In this document: positions 52,919-62,442 of the stretch, piece by piece | Numbering within the stretch: position 1 is the stretch's first letter | Layout of the letters: the number at the start of each line of letters is the position of its first letter | Assembly: GCA_963761335.1 (NCBI GenBank) | Contig: CAVXGR010000018.1 | Location: 352,001 to 416,000 of the forward strand | Direction of reading: 5' to 3' | Length of the DNA: 64,000 nt | Source of the DNA: an uncultured delta proteobacterium | Lineage (GTDB): Bacteria; Desulfobacterota; Binatia; HRBIN30; BPIQ01 | Notes under the pieces: model-generated | Told to the model about the DNA's origin: nothing | The model's input: only the letters and a program-made list of their open reading frames with translations | The model's database searches: none | Translations under genes and position numbers: made by a program

Positions 52919-54238
52919 GTGTCGAGCGCGCAGGTCATCGTCATTGGCGGCGGGCCGGCGGGCAGCAGTGCCGCCGGCTTCCTGGCCCAGACCGGGGTTC
53001 GCGTCCTCCTCTTCGAGCGCGACCATTTCCCGCGCTATCACGTCGGCGAGTCGCTGCTGTCGGCGACCATGCCGATCCTCGACGCCCTCGGCGTCAGCGG
53101 TGCGGTCGAGCGCGCCGGGTTCGTTCGCAAGCCCGGCGGTACCTTCGTGTGGGGAAGCCGCAGTGAGCCCTGGAGCTTCCTTTTCCGCGACGATCCCGGC
53201 GGCCGGGCGCACGCCTTTCACGTGGTCCGCTCCGAGTTCGACGAGATTCTGCTGCGGCACGCGGCGGCGCTCGGAGTGGACGTGCGCGAGGGGCATCGGG
53301 TGGTGGAGGTGGCGCGCCGGGAGGGCGACCGCGTCGCCGTCGTCGCCATCGACGCCAGCGGCCGGCGAATCGAGGAGGAGGCGGACTACGCCGTCGACGC
53401 CAGCGGCCAGCGGGCCCTGCTCGGGCGGCGCGACCGGCTGCGGCAGCTCAACCCTTTCTTCAGGAACCTGGCGGTCTTCGCCTATTTCCGCAGCGCCGAG
53501 CGGCTCGCGGGTGCGCTCGAGGGGAACATTCTGTCGGCGGCCTTCGGCGACGGCTGGTTCTGGTTCATTCCCCTGCACGACGGCACGACCAGCGTCGGCG
53601 CCGTGGTCGACGCGCAGCGCTTTGCGGCCGAATCGGCCGGCGACCCTGCCGCTCTCTACCGGCGGCTCATCGGCGACTGCGCCCCGGTGCGCGAGCGGCT
53701 GCGGGCTGCCGAGATGGTGTCGGCGGTGCGCGTGATTCGCGATTACTCGTACTCCAGCCGCCGCTTCCACGGGCCGGGGTATGTGCTCGTCGGCGATGCC
53801 GCCTGCTTCATCGACCCGGTGTTCTCCACCGGCGTCCACCTCGCCTGTCTGTCCGGATACCTCGCCGCCGAGGCCCTCGGAGCCATCCTGCAGGGGGGCG
53901 CCCCGGCGCCGTCGCTGGAGCGCTTCGAGAGTCGCTACCGCGCCGCCTACGAGCGCTATCTGCACTTCCTCCATTTCTTCTACGACCACCATAGCGATCC
54001 GCAGTCGTATTTCTGGCGGGCGCGCAAGATTCTGAATCCGGAGGTGCCGCTCGACACGCGCGCCGCCTTCGTGCGGCTGATGTCGGGGGGCGCCGATGTC
54101 TCCGAGGGCGACATCGCCGACAAGCTGGCGGCGCGCCACGCCCGCATGCAGGAGGCGATCGAGCACGGCCACTTCGGCAAAGCCCCGGATGCGGGCCTCT
54201 TCCGCGTCCGGGGAACGCTGGCGACGATGAACCGGTGA
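52919..54238 (+). CDS. Flavin-dependent halogenase (carrier-protein/phenolic type)
   Basis: GGGPAG, PRYHVGES, GFVRKPGGTFVWG (conserved Lys), WFWFIP (WxWxIP), GDAACFIDPVFSTGVHLA. Confidence 0.8.
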   Translation: MSSAQVIVIGGGPAGSSAAGFLAQTGVRVLLFERDHFPRYHVGESLLSATMPILDALGVSGAVERAGFVRKPGGTFVWGSRSEPWSFLFRDDPGGRAHAFHVVRSEFDEILLRHAAALGVDVREGHRVVEVARREGDRVAVVAIDASGRRIEEEADYAVDASGQRALLGRRDRLRQLNPFFRNLAVFAYFRSAERLAGALEGNILSAAFGDGWFWFIPLHDGTTSVGAVVDAQRFAAESAGDPAALYRRLIGDCAPVRERLRAAEMVSAVRVIRDYSYSSRRFHGPGYVLVGDAACFIDPVFSTGVHLACLSGYLAAEALGAILQGGAPAPSLERFESRYRAAYERYLHFLHFFYDHHSDPQSYFWRARKILNPEVPLDTRAAFVRLMSGGADVSEGDIADKLAARHARMQEAIEHGHFGKAPDAGLFRVRGTLATMNR

Positions 54239-54249
54239 CCTTCGGTCGG

Positions 54250-54354
54250 CGGCTGAGTTGCTCGGTTTCTCGGCTGCTGGGTTTGGCCAGCTGCGGCGAA
54301 CGGCACTCAAGACGGCCATCTGAGGAACCGAGAAACTGAGAAACTGAGAAACCG
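54250..54354. repeat. Inverted octamer-array element, copy 2
   Basis: Left: CGGCTGAG TTGCTCGG TTTCTCGG CTGCTGGG. Right: CTGAGGAA CCGAGAAA CTGAGAAA CTGAGAAA CCG. Lies between convergent genes. Confidence 0.85.
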
Positions 54355-54357
54355 TCC

Positions 54358-55710
54358 TCAACTGATTGTGGCCCAGGCGTTCTCGTTGCGGCGCAGAAAT
54401 CGGTTCACTTTCAGATTGGCGACCAGGTAGGCCAGCGTCTCGAGATAGCTGCCGCGCGGCGGCGGCAGGAGGCGTCGGGCGATGGCGCGCGACGAGTAGA
54501 AGCCCTCGTAGACGTACTTGAAGCCGTTCATCATCTCTTCGGCGCTCATGTTGGCGGGGCGCACGAGCGGGCTCCCGTAATCGTATCGCCCCCAATCCTG
54601 GACGAGGATGCGGCCGGCCTTCGCCATGTCGTCATAGTACTTGGTGCCGGGATACGGGCACGGGGTGAAGAGCTTGAGGAAGGAGATGCGGTTGTCGATC
54701 AGGAACTGCAGCGAGCGGCCGAAGGTGTCGGTCGTGTCCCCGTCCAGCCCCACCATCAGCAGGGCGATCACCTGAATCCCCTTGGCGCGGATGGCGGCGA
54801 GGTCCTGCTCGAATCGGCGCGGCAGGTTGAAGCCCTTGCTCACCGAGTCGAGGCTCTTCTCGTTGATGCTCTCGAGCCCGATGGACAGGCTGACGCAGCC
54901 GCTGCGGGCGGCGAGATCGAGAAGCTCCGCATCGCGGGCGATGTTGATGGTGCTCTGGCTGGCCCACTTGACGCGAAGGGGGATCATGCGCCGGAAGAGC
55001 TCCTTGGCGGCCTCCGGGCGGGCGATTGGGTTGTCGTCGAGAAAGAGCAGGCGGTTGCCGCCGAGCGCCTTGATGGCGTGGATGTCTTCGAGAACGTCGC
55101 CGACCGGCCGGGTGCGATAGCTGCGGCGGTAGTAGGTCTGCACGGCGCAGTACTCGCACGGGTGCGGGCAGCCGCGGGAGAAGACCACCGGCCAGTGGAA
55201 GTACATGCGGTAGAGCCAGCTCTTCTTGAAGGCCTCGTACTTGAGCAGCGGCAGACCGGTGTAGTCGATCTGCGGGAGGTCACTCAGGTCGTGCCAGCCC
55301 TCGGCCCGGTAGACGCGGCGGTTGAGGCCCTCGCTGAAGTCGGCGAGCAGCTGTGGCCATACCGTCTCGGCCTCGCCGGCGACCACGGCGTCGGCGTGCG
55401 CCAGTGATTCCTCCACCGTCAGCGTCACCCAGGTGCCGCCGAGGACGACGCGAACACCGCGGGCGCGAAAGTGATCGGCGAGGTCGTAGGCGCGCCTGAT
55501 CTGCGGCCCCATGGCGGTAATGCCGACCAGATCGACGTCGCTGTGCAGATCGACGTCGTAGAACAGCTCATCGATCGTCTGCACCTCGTGCCCCGGCGGC
55601 GTCAATGCCTTCAGGTAGGGCAGGGTGGTGCCGCTGGTCCAGTAGCGCGTCGTCTTGTGCAACGAGCCATCCGCGTCGTAGTGGGTTGGCGAGATGAGGA
55701 GAATGCGCAC
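54358..55710 (-). CDS. B12-binding radical SAM protein
   Basis: N-terminal cobalamin-binding-like region (DLVGIT...VVLGG...GEAE), RGCPHPCEYC, FLDDN, IGLES, TPCPYPGT. Confidence 0.88.
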   Translation of the reverse strand: MRILLISPTHYDADGSLHKTTRYWTSGTTLPYLKALTPPGHEVQTIDELFYDVDLHSDVDLVGITAMGPQIRRAYDLADHFRARGVRVVLGGTWVTLTVEESLAHADAVVAGEAETVWPQLLADFSEGLNRRVYRAEGWHDLSDLPQIDYTGLPLLKYEAFKKSWLYRMYFHWPVVFSRGCPHPCEYCAVQTYYRRSYRTRPVGDVLEDIHAIKALGGNRLLFLDDNPIARPEAAKELFRRMIPLRVKWASQSTINIARDAELLDLAARSGCVSLSIGLESINEKSLDSVSKGFNLPRRFEQDLAAIRAKGIQVIALLMVGLDGDTTDTFGRSLQFLIDNRISFLKLFTPCPYPGTKYYDDMAKAGRILVQDWGRYDYGSPLVRPANMSAEEMMNGFKYVYEGFYSSRAIARRLLPPPRGSYLETLAYLVANLKVNRFLRRNENAWATIS

Positions 55711-55807
55711 GGCGCGGACTTAATCAGCTCGGCCGAGGGAGTCAATGCGCCGCTTTTGTGCAGCGAACGGGTTCCCGCTCCGTCGCGTCTATGTTAGAGC
55801 GCCGCCC

Positions 55808-56560
55808 ATGAGCAGTGTATCCGAGTCCGAGGTTCTCGACGTTCCCGCCTCCCGTGCCCGCATTGTCCTCAACCGGGTGATCTTTCGCGGCATGCTGTTC
55901 ACCATGGGCGCCATCGCCGTCGGCATGTACCGCTTCAACAAACGGCTCACCTGGCGGTTTGCCAAGGCACAGGCGCGCAACCTGAGCCGTCTCTGCGGGG
56001 TGCGCGTGCGCATTCACGGGATCGAGCACCTGGGTGCCGGTCCGTACATGTTCACTCCGAACCATCAGAGCCACTTCGACATCGCCGCTCTGCTCGGCTA
56101 CCTGCCCGGGGAGAATCGCTTCGCCGCCAAGAAGGAGATGTTCGACGAGCCCATTCTCGGGGCCGTGCTGCGCACCATGGGTATGATTCCCATCGACCGC
56201 GAGAACCCGTTCGAGGCCATCGAGCTGCTGAGCCGGCTCAAGATCGACGATTTCTCCACCATCATCTTCCCGGAGGGGACGCGCAGCCGCGACGGCAATC
56301 TCCTGCCCTTCAAGAAAGGGCCCTTCGTGGCCGCCATCCACCTCGGGCTGCCGGTGGTTCCGGTGGCCTGCAAGGGGACCACCGAGGTAATGCCCAAAGG
56401 AAAGTACCTGTCGATCCTTCCCGGCGAGGTCGAGGTGGTGGTGCTGGAGCCGATCGTCACCTCGGGCATGACCTACGACGATCGCGATCGCCTGCGCGAC
56501 CTGGTCCGCGAGCGGGTCTCCGCCGAGCTGCGGCTGCCGATCGGCGGCCGCGCCGCCTGA
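55808..56560 (+). CDS. PlsC-like lysophospholipid acyltransferase
   Basis: NHQSHFD (HxxxxD), PIDR, FPEGTRS, FKKG. Confidence 0.88.
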   Translation: MSSVSESEVLDVPASRARIVLNRVIFRGMLFTMGAIAVGMYRFNKRLTWRFAKAQARNLSRLCGVRVRIHGIEHLGAGPYMFTPNHQSHFDIAALLGYLPGENRFAAKKEMFDEPILGAVLRTMGMIPIDRENPFEAIELLSRLKIDDFSTIIFPEGTRSRDGNLLPFKKGPFVAAIHLGLPVVPVACKGTTEVMPKGKYLSILPGEVEVVVLEPIVTSGMTYDDRDRLRDLVRERVSAELRLPIGGRAA

Positions 56561-56563
56561 GCC

Positions 56564-57532
56564 TCAGCGCCGCGCCCGTAGGGGGGGCGGCTCTTCCTCG
56601 CCGGCTCTGTTTACCTGCGGCTCCGCCGGGCTCTCGGGCCAGAAGGGCGCGAACTGAAACCACTGGTGCGGGAACTCGCGGATCGCCGCCTCGAAGGCCT
56701 GCGCCACCTCGCCGATGGTGCGGTCGAGCACCACCGGATCGCGGCTCTCGCGGCCGAGATCGAAGCGCCCGGCGAGGCGAATGGCGTAGTGGCGGACCCC
56801 GATCCGCGGCGTGAACACCGGGACCAGCGGAGCGCCGCTGAGGCGCGCCAGCTGGAAGGGGCCGGAAGGGAAGTACGCCGGGTGGCCGAAGAAGGGGATC
56901 AAACGCCCGCCGCCGGTGCCGAGCATGCGGTCCATCTGGATGGCGACGATCTCGTTCTGCCGCAGCGCCCGAATCATGTTGAGCGATGAGAACACCGAGG
57001 TGTCAGAGTAGATGATGCGGATGCCGGCCTGCTCTCGCGCCCGGCGGACGTATTCCTGCGTGGTGGCGTTCATCTCGCGGGCCATGACGATGTTCACCGG
57101 GCGGCCGTACTTGCTCATCGTCCGGGCGGCGATCTCCCAGTTGCCGAAATGGCCGGTGAGCGCGATGACCCCGCGTCCCTCTGCCAGGGACTCGGCGAGC
57201 AGGTCGCGCTCCGGCAGATCGAAGGCGATCGGCGCGGGCCGCGGTCCGTAGTGCTCGGTGGTCTCGGTGATGCAGTGGGAGAACTCGATGAACGTGCGGA
57301 GGGCGCCGACAGTGGCGCGCCAGTCGTCGCGGCCGAGGATCCGGCGCATGTTGGCGATGGCGCCGCGGCGGTTTTGCCCGACCACCAGGAAGAAGGCGGC
57401 GGCGAAGCCGGGGGGCGAGTATCGCTTCCACCACTCCGGGCCGTAGACGCAGCCGAGGTAGGCGAACTTTCGCCACCACACGCCGTCGAAGCGGACTGCC
57501 TGCCGGAGCCGAGAAAGCCGAAAATGGTTCAT
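56564..57532 (-). CDS. LpxL/HtrB-like acyltransferase
   Basis: GHFGNWE, DR..G, FFG.PA.FP.GP, P.QWF.F..FW. Confidence 0.85.
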   Translation of the reverse strand: MNHFRLSRLRQAVRFDGVWWRKFAYLGCVYGPEWWKRYSPPGFAAAFFLVVGQNRRGAIANMRRILGRDDWRATVGALRTFIEFSHCITETTEHYGPRPAPIAFDLPERDLLAESLAEGRGVIALTGHFGNWEIAARTMSKYGRPVNIVMAREMNATTQEYVRRAREQAGIRIIYSDTSVFSSLNMIRALRQNEIVAIQMDRMLGTGGGRLIPFFGHPAYFPSGPFQLARLSGAPLVPVFTPRIGVRHYAIRLAGRFDLGRESRDPVVLDRTIGEVAQAFEAAIREFPHQWFQFAPFWPESPAEPQVNRAGEEEPPPLRARR

Positions 57533-57599
57533 CGGCTCCAGCTAACACGCGTCTCGGAGGCGTGGCAATCGGGGGGAATTTCCTTCATGGTGCGCGACC

Positions 57600-58280
57600 A
57601 TGCCCGATCTCGCGATTCTCGTTCCGGCGCTCGACTGCGCCGCGACCATCGCCCCGGTGGTCGGCGGCGCGCGCGCCGAGTGCGAGACGGTGCTGGTGGT
57701 CGACGATGGCTCTGCCGACCAGACCAGCGCGCGCGCCACCGAGGCGGGTGCCGAGGTTCTGGCCCATCCGCACACCATGGGAAAAGGCGCGGCTCTGCGG
57801 CACGGGATGGAGTGGCTGGCGGAGCGCGGCTTCCGCAGGGTGCTGACCATGGACGGCGACGGGCAACATCTGGCGGGTCAGATCCCAGTGCTGCGGGCGG
57901 AGTCCGACGCCCATCCCGGCGCTCTGGTGATCGGCCAGCGACGCGTGCCGGCCGAGGCGGTATCTGCCAGTCGCCGCTTCGGGAACCGCTTCGCCAATCG
58001 CTGGGTGGAGATCGCCTGTGGCCGCGCCCTGGAGGACACCCAATCGGGGTTTCGCCTCTACCCACTGGCGGCGACCTTGGGTCTCAGGGTGCGCGCCGGC
58101 CACTTCGGTTTCGAGACGGAGGTGTTGATCCGCGCCGCTCGCAACGGCTGGGAAATCCGCTCGATCCCGGTCGACGTCTACTACCCGCCCGTGGCGGAGC
58201 GGGTCAGCCACTTTCGCCCGTTTCTCGATACGGTGCGGATCATCTTCGTGGTCCTCGGGCTCATTTTCCGCCTGTGGTGA
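57600..58280 (+). CDS. GT2 glycosyltransferase (DPM1-like; type found in aryl-polyene clusters)
   Basis: VVDDGS.D, GKGAAL, MDGDGQH, DTQSGFRLYP, FETEVL, SHFRP. Confidence 0.88.
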   Translation: MPDLAILVPALDCAATIAPVVGGARAECETVLVVDDGSADQTSARATEAGAEVLAHPHTMGKGAALRHGMEWLAERGFRRVLTMDGDGQHLAGQIPVLRAESDAHPGALVIGQRRVPAEAVSASRRFGNRFANRWVEIACGRALEDTQSGFRLYPLAATLGLRVRAGHFGFETEVLIRAARNGWEIRSIPVDVYYPPVAERVSHFRPFLDTVRIIFVVLGLIFRLW

Positions 58281-58400
58281 GCTGCGTGTCGTCGCTGGCA
58301 TTGTCCCCGGGGGACGGAGTAGATTGGCGCCCGGATACTTGGAGAGGAGCAATGGGCAGATGCGATTTCGGGCCTTGGTTCGAGGGATGGGCCAGCGGCG

Positions 58401-59735
58401 ATGTCTGAGTTGATCGAGAAGTTCCGTTCGCGCCAGGGCACTGTCGGCATCATCGGCCTCGGCTACGTCGGCCTGCCGCTGGCATCGACGATTGCGGAAG
58501 CGGGGTTCTCCGTCTTCGGCTTCGACGTCGACGCGCACAAGGTTGCCGAGCTGCTGGCCGGGCGCAGCTACATCCATCATCTGCCCCAGGAGCGCCTGGC
58601 GGTGCTGATCCGCTCGGAGGCCCTGCCGGCGAAACCGGGGACCGTCTTTCCGACCACCGACTTCTCCCTGCTGCGCCAGTGCGACGCCATTCTCATCTGT
58701 GTGCCGACGCCGCTCACCGAGACCCGCGACCCGGATCTCACCTACGTCGAGCAGACCTCCCGCAAGATCGCCGAGTTCCTCCGCCCGGCGCAGCTGGTGG
58801 TCCTGGAGAGCACCACTTATCCGGGAACCACCGACGAGGTGGTGCAGCCGATCCTGGAGGCCGGAGGCCTCCGCGTCGGCCGCGATTTCCACCTCGCCTT
58901 CTCGCCCGAGCGCGAGGACCCGAACAATCCGAGCTTCAACACGCGCACCATTCCCAAGGTCGTCGGCGGTGTCACCCGCGCCTGCGGCGAGATCGCCGCG
59001 GCCTTCTACGGAGCGGTGCTGGACAGGGTGGTGCCGGTCTCCAGCTCGCGCGTCGCCGAGGCGGCGAAGCTGCTGGAGAACATCTATCGCAGCGTCAACA
59101 TCGCCCTGGTGAACGAGCTCAAGGTGCTCTTCGACCGCATGGGGCTGGATGTCTGGGAGGTCATCGAGGCGGCGGCAACCAAGCCCTTCGGCTTCACGCC
59201 GTTCTATCCCGGACCCGGCCTGGGTGGCCACTGCATTCCCATCGACCCGTTCTACCTCACCTGGAAAGCGCGCCAGTACGAGATGACGACGCGCTTCATC
59301 GAGCTCGCCGGCGAGGTGAATCGGGCGATGCCGGCCTTCGTGGTGCAGAAGGTCCAGGACGCACTCAACGACCGCTCCCGCAGCCTGCGCGGCTCGCGCA
59401 TTCTGCTGCTCGGGGTCGCCTACAAGCGCGACCTCGACGACGATCGCGAGTCTCCGGCGCTGAAGCTGATCGAGCTGCTCGGAGAGAAGGGTGCCGAGGT
59501 CGAGTACAACGACCCCTACGTCCCGGCTCTCAAGCGCTCGCGCAGCTACGACTTCGGGCTGCGCTCCGTGGCGCTCACCGGCGAAATCCTGGCCGCCAAG
59601 GACGCGGTGCTGATCGCCACCGACCACACCTGTTACGACTACGACTTCATCGTCGCCCACAGCAAGCTGGTGGTCGACACGCGCAACGCCACCCGCAAGG
59701 TCCGCGACGGCAGAGAGCGGATCGTGTCCGCGTGA
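58401..59735 (+). CDS. UDP-N-acetylhexosamine 6-dehydrogenase (WbpA/WecC family)
   Basis: GLGYVG, ICVPTP, LESTTYPGTT, FSPER, KLLEN, GGHCIPIDP, AYK...D.RESP. Confidence 0.9.
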   Translation: MSELIEKFRSRQGTVGIIGLGYVGLPLASTIAEAGFSVFGFDVDAHKVAELLAGRSYIHHLPQERLAVLIRSEALPAKPGTVFPTTDFSLLRQCDAILICVPTPLTETRDPDLTYVEQTSRKIAEFLRPAQLVVLESTTYPGTTDEVVQPILEAGGLRVGRDFHLAFSPEREDPNNPSFNTRTIPKVVGGVTRACGEIAAAFYGAVLDRVVPVSSSRVAEAAKLLENIYRSVNIALVNELKVLFDRMGLDVWEVIEAAATKPFGFTPFYPGPGLGGHCIPIDPFYLTWKARQYEMTTRFIELAGEVNRAMPAFVVQKVQDALNDRSRSLRGSRILLLGVAYKRDLDDDRESPALKLIELLGEKGAEVEYNDPYVPALKRSRSYDFGLRSVALTGEILAAKDAVLIATDHTCYDYDFIVAHSKLVVDTRNATRKVRDGRERIVSA

Positions 59736-59796
59736 GCGAGGCTTTTCCGGCCGCGGGCACGCCATGCCCGAAACGGTGAGCGGCCCCGGGTAGAGG

Positions 59797-60915
59797 ATGA
59801 TCCCCGTTTTTCGCCCCAGCTTCGGCGAGGAAGAGCTGGAGGCCCTGCGGGAGCCGCTGCGCAGCGGCTGGGTGGCGACCGGACCGAAGACCGCCGAGCT
59901 CGAGCGGCGCTTCGCCGAGCTCATCGGCGCGCCGCAGGCGGTGGCCCTGCAGTCGTGTACCGCCGCGCTCTACCTGGCCATGCGCGTCTCCGGCGTCGAG
60001 GGCGCCGAGGTGGTGACCACGCCGATGACCTTCGTGGCCACCAACCACGCTATTCTCGCCGCCGGCGGTATTCCCGTGTTCGCCGATATCGAGCCGGAGA
60101 CGCTCACCATCGATCCGCTCGAGGTGGAGCGCTGCATCACGCCGCGGACTCGAGCCGTCATGGTGATGCACTATGCCGGTCACCCGGCGCGGCTGGCGGA
60201 GCTCGTACAGCTGACCCAGGATCGCGGCCTGACGCTGGTCGAGGACTGTGCCCACGCTGCCGGCTCCGCGTACGGGGGACGCAAGGTCGGCACCTTTGGC
60301 GCCTACGGCTGCTTCAGCTTTCAGGCGATCAAGAACCTGTCGTCGGGAGACGGTGGCATGATCACCCTCGCCGACGCCGACGTGGCGGCCCGCCTGCGGC
60401 GACTCAGCTGGCTGGGGATCGACAGGGGGAGCTGGGAACGCAGCCGCGGCGGCCACGGCTGGGAGTTCGACGTGACCGAGCTCAGCCTCAAGTATCAGAT
60501 GAACGATCTGGCGGCGGCCATCGGTCTGGTCCAGCTGGGCAAGCTCGAGCACACCAACGCCCGGCGCCGCCACCTGGCGGAGCGCTACACCGCCGCCTTC
60601 GCCGGGATGGAGGGCATCGAGCCTCCGATCGAAAGGCCGGAGGTCCGCAGCGCCTGGCACTGCTACGTCGTCAAGCTGGCGCGCCCGCAGTGGCGCGACC
60701 GACTGGTCGACTTCCTCGCCGAGCGCGGTATTGGCGCCACCGTGCACTACGTGCCCAACCATCTCTTCCGCATCTATGCCCCATACCGCCGCACCCTGCC
60801 GGTCGCCGAGGCGATCTGGCAGCGCATCCTCACCCTGCCGCTGTACCCCGACTTGAGCGACGCCGAGCAGGACCAGGTGATCGGCGCGGTCGCCGACTTC
60901 CTGGGTCGCGTGTGA
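59797..60915 (+). CDS. DegT/DnrJ/EryC1/StrS sugar aminotransferase 1
   Basis: SCTAAL, EDCAH, FSFQAIKNL..GDGG, LTLPLYP. Confidence 0.9.
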   Translation: MIPVFRPSFGEEELEALREPLRSGWVATGPKTAELERRFAELIGAPQAVALQSCTAALYLAMRVSGVEGAEVVTTPMTFVATNHAILAAGGIPVFADIEPETLTIDPLEVERCITPRTRAVMVMHYAGHPARLAELVQLTQDRGLTLVEDCAHAAGSAYGGRKVGTFGAYGCFSFQAIKNLSSGDGGMITLADADVAARLRRLSWLGIDRGSWERSRGGHGWEFDVTELSLKYQMNDLAAAIGLVQLGKLEHTNARRRHLAERYTAAFAGMEGIEPPIERPEVRSAWHCYVVKLARPQWRDRLVDFLAERGIGATVHYVPNHLFRIYAPYRRTLPVAEAIWQRILTLPLYPDLSDAEQDQVIGAVADFLGRV

Positions 60916-60920
60916 AATCC

Positions 60921-62072
60921 ATGTCGCCGGACCCGGCCCCGGAGAGACGCCGCCTGCCGCTGCTCGATCTCGGCCGCCAGCATCAGGAGCTGCGCGGCGA
61001 GATCGCCGAGGCGATCGACCGCGTCGTCGGCGCCGGCGCCTTCATCGGCGGCCGGGAGGTGGAGCGCTTCGAGACGGAGTTCGCCGAGTACTGTGGCGCC
61101 GGCCATTGCATCGGCGTTGCCAACGGTACCGACGCCCTGACGCTGGCCCTGCGAGCTCTGCAGATCGGGCCGGGAGACGAGGTGATTACCGTTCCCTTCA
61201 CCTTCGCCGGCACCGTCGAGGCCATCGATCTGGTCGGCGCCACCCCGGTTCTCGTCGATATCGATCCCAGGGACTATACCATCGACGTCACTGCCGCAGC
61301 GCGTGCCCTGGAGCGGCCGCGAGTGAAGGCGCTGATCGCGGTTCATCTCTACGGCCAACCCGCGGACCTGGGCGCCCTGATACCGCTGGCCCGCGAGCGC
61401 CGGGTGGCGGTGGTGGAGGATGCCGCTCAGGCGCACGGAGCCCGATTGCTGCTCGCCGACGGCTGGCGCCGTGCCGGCAGTATCGGCGACCTCGGCTGTT
61501 TCAGCTTCTATCCCAGCAAGAACCTGGGGGCGATGGGCGACGCCGGCGCGGTGACCACCGGCGACGCCGAGCTCGCCCGCCGCGTCCGCTTGCTGGCCAA
61601 TCACGGCCAGGAGAAGAAGTACGAGCACCTGCTGCGGGGCGGCACCAACTCGCGTCTCGACGCCCTGCAGGCGGCCGTCCTGCGCGTCAAGCTGCGGGCC
61701 CTCGACCGCTGGAACGCAGCTCGGCGGCAGGCGGCACACCGCTATGGCGAGCTGTTGCGCGACACGACGGCAGGCGTGCCGCAGGAGCGTGCGGGAGCAG
61801 AGTCTGTGTATCACCAGTACGCCGTGCGGGTGGCCGACCGGGCGCGGGTGCAGGCGTCGTTGGACGAGGAGGGTATCGACACGGCGCTGCACTATCCCCG
61901 CCCCGTGCACCTGCAGCCGGCGTATGCCGGCCTCGGCCTGGGTGCCGGCGCCTTTCCGGCCGCCGAGGCGGCGTCCGCCGAGGTTCTGTCCCTGCCCCTG
62001 TTTCCCCATATCGGGGTGGAGGACCAGCGCCGAGTCGCCGCGGCGGTGCGGCGGGCGACCGCGGGGCGCTAA
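60921..62072 (+). CDS. DegT/DnrJ/EryC1/StrS sugar aminotransferase 2
   Basis: ANGTDAL, HLYGQ, EDAAQAHG, FSFYPSKNLGAMGDAG, NSRLD.LQA. Confidence 0.9.
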   Translation: MSPDPAPERRRLPLLDLGRQHQELRGEIAEAIDRVVGAGAFIGGREVERFETEFAEYCGAGHCIGVANGTDALTLALRALQIGPGDEVITVPFTFAGTVEAIDLVGATPVLVDIDPRDYTIDVTAAARALERPRVKALIAVHLYGQPADLGALIPLARERRVAVVEDAAQAHGARLLLADGWRRAGSIGDLGCFSFYPSKNLGAMGDAGAVTTGDAELARRVRLLANHGQEKKYEHLLRGGTNSRLDALQAAVLRVKLRALDRWNAARRQAAHRYGELLRDTTAGVPQERAGAESVYHQYAVRVADRARVQASLDEEGIDTALHYPRPVHLQPAYAGLGLGAGAFPAAEAASAEVLSLPLFPHIGVEDQRRVAAAVRRATAGR

Positions 62073-62314
62073 ATGTCCGGCGCCCAAAGGTTTCGCGCGA
62101 AGACCGTTTCCAATTGACTCGATTTGCGCTATACGCAGCCCACGCTGGGGCACGACGAGGGTGACGATATCGCGCCGGTTGGCATCCCGATGGCGCTGCC
62201 GTCGGGTGGCGCTGGCGGCAGGCTCCGATGACCAGCGGGCAAGGTTGTGCCCCAAAGGAAGAAATCAGATTGTCTGTCGAGGTGCTTAGGGCCGCTGAAT
62301 GGCGAAGATGTTCC

Positions 62315-62344
62315 TTGACAGAGTGTCGTGATTTTGAGTATGTA
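62315..62344 (+). promoter_or_regulatory. candidate sigma-70-type promoter
   Basis: TTGACA-N18-TATGTA in an AT-richer patch about 100 nt upstream of ATG 62443; the -10 is imperfect. Confidence 0.4.
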
Positions 62345-62442
62345 GGCCCGCACTTCCGCGGGGCTCCCTCCGGGGGAGCGCGTTTGTTGACGCTCGGTGC
62401 GCGAGGAGTTGAGGGATGAGCCGACTGAAAAGGAGGAGGGCA

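Noticed and set aside
44473..55710. RiPP cluster (small peptides plus radical SAM plus halogenase)
   Set aside because: No RRE/SPASM features, leader motif, protease or peptide exporter; the enzymes are better explained by the adjacent ACP-based pathway.
29760..62072. Genomic island integrated at tRNA-Ala carrying the PKS cluster
   Set aside because: No integrase and no duplicated tRNA 3' end seen in the window; no obvious compositional break.
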